A model generated the notes under the pieces. It had not been told where the DNA came from. It saw only the letters and a list, made by a program, of their open reading frames with translations, and searched no databases. Position numbers and translations under genes: made by a program. A stretch of DNA of 60,762 nt from a virus, in IMG/VR virus record IMGVR_UViG_3300025151_000038, positions 1 to 60,762 of that record; one strand, given 5' to 3'. This document shows positions 56,905 through 60,762 of this stretch, piece after piece. The stretch's first letter is position 1; each line of letters opens with the position of its first letter.

Positions 56905-57774
56905 TTAGTGGACACCAATAGCAATATTGATGTCGTTGAATGTATCAAGGCCACATGCGTGACCCTTCGGGGTGCAGGTTCCACACTGGCCAGGGCATAC
57001 GAAGACCTTACCGTAGCCAGCCAGCTTGGCAGCTTCACGCACTGCTTTCCGGTAAAGGTTAGTGCGGTTGCCTATAGGTGCGTCTGCTTCCTTTGGTATG
57101 TCAACAACTACAAAGTTTCCCCGTGTGCATGGCAACTCCTCCACCTGCTTCCGCATTTCTTGATTATAGATTGATCCATTGGACAAATTTAGTTTGTAGT
57201 TGACAGGGAAGCTACCTCCTGCACTAGCCCATGAAAGGAACAACTCCCATGACTTGCTGTAGCCATAGCACTGGATGTCCGGTCTCTCCCCTAGCAGGTT
57301 GAACCAGAACCTCATAGCCTGTAGATCATGGAAGTCTCCATCAACATAGAGCCTGAAGGTGATCCCTTCATCAAACTTCAGGAACTCATCTCGCAGGATC
57401 GATGGCGCATGGCGCAGGAGCCAAAGGTTCTGGCATTGCCTGAAGAAGGCTGCCGGATAACGCCACGCCTTCAAGCTATAGCAGTAGTCCTTACATCCCC
57501 CCGCACCAGGGCAGGTGACAATGGGCAGGTTGCTGTATGCCTTGAAGGGTAGCTTCATGTTGCCATCCGCAAAGACAGTGAACTGAGGTATCTTATGCAC
57601 CAACACTCGGTCCATGCGGTGTGCGAAGTAACCCCATGTCCCACGCTTCTCTGGCTCACGCCAGTGGAAATGCTCATGAAGATATTCACAAGCATCTGTT
57701 ATTGTATTGTCCTCCCGCATCATACGGGCGAACTCCATTTGAATGGGGCGTGTAACCCCTACTTTCTTTTTCAT
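56905..57774 (-). CDS. GP88-family Cys-rich protein, 289 aa
   Basis: TCPGAGGCKDYCYSLKA, RLYVDGDFHD, CYGYSKSW and CPGQCGTCTPKGHAC match the layout of PF17338-type 'gene product 88' proteins as I remember them. Confidence 0.55.
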   Translation of the reverse strand: MKKKVGVTRPIQMEFARMMREDNTITDACEYLHEHFHWREPEKRGTWGYFAHRMDRVLVHKIPQFTVFADGNMKLPFKAYSNLPIVTCPGAGGCKDYCYSLKAWRYPAAFFRQCQNLWLLRHAPSILRDEFLKFDEGITFRLYVDGDFHDLQAMRFWFNLLGERPDIQCYGYSKSWELFLSWASAGGSFPVNYKLNLSNGSIYNQEMRKQVEELPCTRGNFVVVDIPKEADAPIGNRTNLYRKAVREAAKLAGYGKVFVCPGQCGTCTPKGHACGLDTFNDINIAIGVH

Positions 57775-58097
57775 TATTTATTTAGGTTTATTACTTCTAG
57801 GATTCCATTTCGCATTATCTCTATCTGGTTCATTATGATGGTCTCGCTGTCCTCTACGAGTTTACAGCCATCACCAAGATATTCTCTAACCTCAGAGATA
57901 AAGTCCTCCATGATCAACCGTAGCCGATCCTCCATAGAATCCTGTATCTGGTGAGTTAAGATTGTCATGGCCAGTTTCAGTTGTGCTTCTTCAGCAAAGT
58001 CGCGCTTTTTAATTCCCTGCTGCTCGACGAGACAGAGCCTGTCATATGTCAAGTCATAGGCAAGTTCCAGGGCTTTTTGTGTAGGTCCTTTATTCAT
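57774..58097 (-). CDS. hypothetical protein, 107 aa, paralogous N-terminus with ORF 58553..58888
   Basis: gaaaggaaacaaaATG leader. QKALELAYDLTYDRLCLVEQQ aligns with KEALELAIELVSDRLDLIRQR. Confidence 0.65.
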   Translation of the reverse strand: MNKGPTQKALELAYDLTYDRLCLVEQQGIKKRDFAEEAQLKLAMTILTHQIQDSMEDRLRLIMEDFISEVREYLGDGCKLVEDSETIIMNQIEIMRNGILEVINLNK

Positions 58098-58109
58098 TTT
58101 GTTTCCTTT

Positions 58110-58304
58110 CTATTCTACTTTGAGTTGGCTAACAAACTTGCCAATGGTTTCCGAAAGTTTGTCCAGCTTGGCATCAACATCACGACCGTCTACCTCTTCG
58201 ATAAAGAAGTGAACTTCCATCTCACCACTCTGCACAGCTCGGGCAATTATGTCCCACTCCGCAGCCGTTAGACTGATCGAGTATTTTTTATTTGGTTTAT
58301 TCAT
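58110..58304 (-). CDS. hypothetical protein, 64 aa
   Basis: aaagaaagaaaacaaaaATG leader. Confidence 0.6.
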   Translation of the reverse strand: MNKPNKKYSISLTAAEWDIIARAVQSGEMEVHFFIEEVDGRDVDAKLDKLSETIGKFVSQLKVE

Positions 58305-58322
58305 TTTTGTTTTCTTTCTTTT

Positions 58323-58541
58323 TTATATGCATTCTATAGGTTCAGTGGTCTCAATCCAAACCTTTGCCCCACAAGAGAGGGGCTTGTCTGGTCTGTAAAC
58401 CACCTTGGTGTGTTTGTTAATGATGATCTCGCTGCACTTGTCATTACTCTTATAGGTCTTGCAAGTCAGTGGGGGCATCTGCTCTCCGGTCTTTGCATTA
58501 CGCTTAATGATGTGCTGGTTAACATGAATTACTCGTTTCAT
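58323..58541 (-). CDS. conserved small phage protein, 72 aa
   Basis: agaaaggaaacatATG ribosome-binding site. The pattern VIHVNQHIIKRN...CGAKVWIET recurs in other phages as far as I recall. Function unknown. Confidence 0.6.
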   Translation of the reverse strand: MKRVIHVNQHIIKRNAKTGEQMPPLTCKTYKSNDKCSEIIINKHTKVVYRPDKPLSCGAKVWIETTEPIECI

Positions 58542-58552
58542 ATGTTTCCTTT

Positions 58553-58888
58553 CTAATAGGTTATAAACCTTTTATGTAGCTTAGATATTTCACTGGCATC
58601 CATGTTGCTGTAGCCCTCACAGCCATCAATGAGTATATCAATCAACTCACCATGGCTCATGTTCTCAGCCTCATGTTCAGCTAATTCTTGCCTCCATGCT
58701 ACTATGGTTGCTTCACTTATTTCTTCTGCCCCTTTGGGTGCTTCATGTATTTCTTCTAGGCAACTCAAGGCTTCCTTGAGTCTCCCTTCTTCAACACCGT
58801 CTCGCTCATCCAGTTCTCTTTGCCGGATGAGATCAAGCCGGTCCGACACTAGCTCAATGGCTAGTTCTAGTGCTTCTTTTGCTTTCAT
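58553..58888 (-). CDS. hypothetical protein, 111 aa, paralog of ORF 57774..58097 (N-terminal domain)
   Basis: agaaaggaaacaaaATG leader. Confidence 0.65.
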   Translation of the reverse strand: MKAKEALELAIELVSDRLDLIRQRELDERDGVEEGRLKEALSCLEEIHEAPKGAEEISEATIVAWRQELAEHEAENMSHGELIDILIDGCEGYSNMDASEISKLHKRFITY

Positions 58889-58903
58889 TTTGTTTCCTTT
58901 CTG

Positions 58904-59269
58904 TTATAAGATTGTGCCTTCCCCATTACAGGTCTTGCACTCAGAGTTGATGGGTGTGTAGCCGGTCTCTGGATTTTCTTCTCCACAGTCCTCACACCCA
59001 TGAGTATCATTCCATATCTCTTCTGCCTCCTTCTCTACTGACTCAAGGGCTTTCCAAAAGTCGTCAATTTCAAAGGGATAGTTGACCCCATAAACACCAG
59101 TGTCATGGTCACACCCTTCGACAATGGAACCTACCCTTATCCCTGCTTCTTCTTCAGTTATCCAAGCACCACAGTTTGTATACTTGAAGGTTGCTCGTTC
59201 CACTTCAGAGAAGTCTTCCTCACCACACTTCCTTGCTACAAGGAATTCCTTTAGGTTATTTACTTTCAT
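58904..59269 (-). CDS. zinc-finger protein (CxxC...CxxCxGxG), 121 aa from the ATG at 59269
   Basis: HGCEDCGEENP...SECKTCNGEG. The ORF track starts at 59284, but the conserved leader gaaagaaaacaaaATG points to 59269. Confidence 0.6.
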   Translation of the reverse strand: MKVNNLKEFLVARKCGEEDFSEVERATFKYTNCGAWITEEEAGIRVGSIVEGCDHDTGVYGVNYPFEIDDFWKALESVEKEAEEIWNDTHGCEDCGEENPETGYTPINSECKTCNGEGTIL

Positions 59270-59283
59270 TTTGTTTTCTTTCA

Positions 59284-59556
59284 TTAGTCTTGGCTGCGGA
59301 GGTGCATTACTTGCTCAAGGTTATACTCCTTGAATGCAGTGAGGTTTTCGACATGCTTCATCCTCTCCTCTACTGCTCGCGTGAATGCATTTCCCTCCTG
59401 CATGTAGTAGTCTCTGCTGTGGAATACGCACTCCTGCAAGGCTTCAGACACACTGTTAAGGGCTGCCTGAATTTTCTCCTCACCCTCTAACAGCATCTCT
59501 TTAGGAGTGCCATTCAGGTGGACGGTGGGCAGTGGGTAGTTTACGTTTACTTTCAT
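59284..59556 (-). CDS. hypothetical protein, 90 aa from the ATG at 59556
   Basis: The ORF track extends to 59679. The leader caaagaagacaaaATG and the MKVNVN start support 59556. Confidence 0.55.
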   Translation of the reverse strand: MKVNVNYPLPTVHLNGTPKEMLLEGEEKIQAALNSVSEALQECVFHSRDYYMQEGNAFTRAVEERMKHVENLTAFKEYNLEQVMHLRSQD

Positions 59557-59591
59557 TTTGTCTTCTTTGTTTTTGGTTTGGTTGCACAAGC

Positions 59592-60101
59592 TCATGCTTG
59601 CATTTCTTCGATCTCTTCTTCTGTGGTTGCCCCTAAACGGAGCGCATACTTTATGATTTCTTTCTGCTCTGTCAGACATAAGTCTGTTCCGTCTGCCATG
59701 AGGGCACCGGCAAAGAACCAGCCCTCATCTACATATTCCAGAGTGAACTCGTATTCGGGGAAGTCATTTTGTAGCTTCCGAATGACGGGAATGGGTGGCG
59801 CCCAGGCAGTAAAGAACTTACCGTCCGTAGAGAACAGGTCGATGGTCTCATCCTCATTGGCATCATAGCCATAAGAAGGATACGCATCCCATTTAGTCCC
59901 CCAGTTATCCACCGACCAGTCGTACCAATTTGGGCTATCTGATGGGGACGTTGTCCCCTTTAGTTCCTCCGGCATTGGTATCACCCTGTCTAGGCTGAAG
60001 CGTTTAAGGAGATCCCGTAGCTTGGGGTCGTCTATATGCATGACCTTCGATCCATCTTTCTTGTGGACAACGGTCAGTTCATTTGTTGTATGATTAGGCA
60101 T
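59592..60101 (-). CDS. Api92/DUF1281-like (ferredoxin-like domain) protein, 169 aa
   Basis: MPNHTTNELTV.. at the N-terminus, ..IPMPEEL.., ..WYDWSVDNWGTKWDA.. The signature is recalled from DUF1281-family proteins. Confidence 0.55.
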   Translation of the reverse strand: MPNHTTNELTVVHKKDGSKVMHIDDPKLRDLLKRFSLDRVIPMPEELKGTTSPSDSPNWYDWSVDNWGTKWDAYPSYGYDANEDETIDLFSTDGKFFTAWAPPIPVIRKLQNDFPEYEFTLEYVDEGWFFAGALMADGTDLCLTEQKEIIKYALRLGATTEEEIEEMQA

Positions 60102-60138
60102 TTGTTTTCTTTCTTTACTTATTTGTTTCTTGGTTTTG

Positions 60139-60684
60139 TTAAGCAGGGATTGATCCCTTTCTTCTATCTTCTGCGCACTTACGCATGACTTTGGTGAACT
60201 CTTCTTTGCTGAGTCCGTTCAACATGATGAAGTGGTCTTCCCACCATTGGCACTTCTTCACCATGGCGAGATACTCTGGTGAGGGTTTACCGCTGTTCCT
60301 TAGTTTGACTTGGTAGACCTCACCACCATCGACATACTCGACCTTGGAAGCACGGGCTGCCTTCTGATGTTCCTTCCAGTGCAAGTCATCCTGCACCAGT
60401 TCATCGATGATATAGTCCAGGCATCGCAGGTAGTGTTCCAAAGACTCATCATTGCGAGCCTCCTCTTCTGCTTGCTTGAGCCTAGCTGAAGCATCAGCAT
60501 CAACCTCCCATTTGTTGTCTACTACTTTGCCATTAGCCCAGTAGTCAGTGCATCCTCCGCGCCCATCATTCTTTGCGCCCCCTGTCTTCTTGCCGTCGAT
60601 CCATAGGTCAGCGGTGAAGGCATTGGTTTCTTCACTCATGTTTGTGGCGTGAACCACGTTCTTTAGTTCTACTTTTGTTTTCAT
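60139..60684 (-). CDS. hypothetical protein, 181 aa
   Basis: ORF whose 5' leader is the (AAAACC)11 microsatellite plus aaagaaaacaaaATG. Confidence 0.7.
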   Translation of the reverse strand: MKTKVELKNVVHATNMSEETNAFTADLWIDGKKTGGAKNDGRGGCTDYWANGKVVDNKWEVDADASARLKQAEEEARNDESLEHYLRCLDYIIDELVQDDLHWKEHQKAARASKVEYVDGGEVYQVKLRNSGKPSPEYLAMVKKCQWWEDHFIMLNGLSKEEFTKVMRKCAEDRRKGSIPA

Positions 60685-60762
60685 TTTGTTTTCTTTGGTT
60701 TTGGTTTTGGTTTTGGTTTTGGTTTTGGTTTTGGTTTTGGTTTTGGTTTTGGTTTTGGTTTT

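Noticed and set aside
59284-59679. The long versions of ORFs 59284..59679, 58904..59284, 1305..1493 and 5991..6389 as given by the ORF track
   Set aside because: In each case an internal ATG carries the conserved leader or fits the mapped -10 box. The upstream extension overlaps a neighbouring gene or promoter, so the shorter forms were preferred.

Overview
The window is a complete, self-closing genome of about 60.66 kb from an uncultivated tailed dsDNA phage. Bases 1-99 recur exactly at 60664-60762. I recognised no tRNA, CRISPR array, integrase, tape-measure, sheath or RNA polymerase gene, so the gene set looks podovirus-like.

There are four transcription blocks:
1. Plus strand, 7.2-25.7 kb: virion and lysis module. 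It holds the portal, an acidic scaffold, the major capsid gene flanked by strong terminators, tail/fibre-like proteins, tiny holin-like membrane ORFs and an Amidase_3-type endolysin.
2. Minus strand, 25.7-35.4 kb: replication and recombination module. It holds an AEP-primase/SF3-helicase fusion, a family A DNA polymerase with Leu at the Pol I Phe762 position, a DUF2815-like SSB, a DUF2800/Cas4-like exonuclease, an HNH-AP2 homing endonuclease, an SNF2 helicase and a RuvC-like resolvase.
3. Plus strand, 35.4-53.4 kb: terL followed by three linker-rich genes, ending in one 4,459-aa ORF (13.4 kb, about 22% of the genome).
4. Minus strand, from 53.4 kb across the contig junction to 4.2 kb: about 35 small early-type genes. 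These include a DUF932 protein, a GP88-like protein, an Api92/DUF1281-like protein, a DnaA-domain-IV-like HTH protein and a C5 cytosine methyltransferase.

A control region at 5.2-7.3 kb separates the divergent blocks.

Main hunting results:
- The giant multidomain ORF carries an HExxH zincin motif, Pro-rich microsatellite linkers and hydrophobic segments. It is a candidate virion-delivered polyvalent or ejection protein.
- The C5-methyltransferase has its conserved motifs spread over two reading frames in an A-B-A pattern, and both frames stay open for more than 470 codons.
- A stretch of about 900 bp at 5.27-5.99 kb has almost no convincing ORFs and is packed with repeats. It contains four roughly 35-nt hairpin units with conserved loops and compensatory stem changes.
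- Nine direct 'AACCGCTCAGAGATT' repeats at 20-bp phasing bracket an AT-rich spacer and overlap the start of a NUMOD4-like DNA-binding ORF.
- Divergent sigma70-like promoters are placed so that both first genes would be leaderless.

All family names come from motif recognition by eye. No database search was run.
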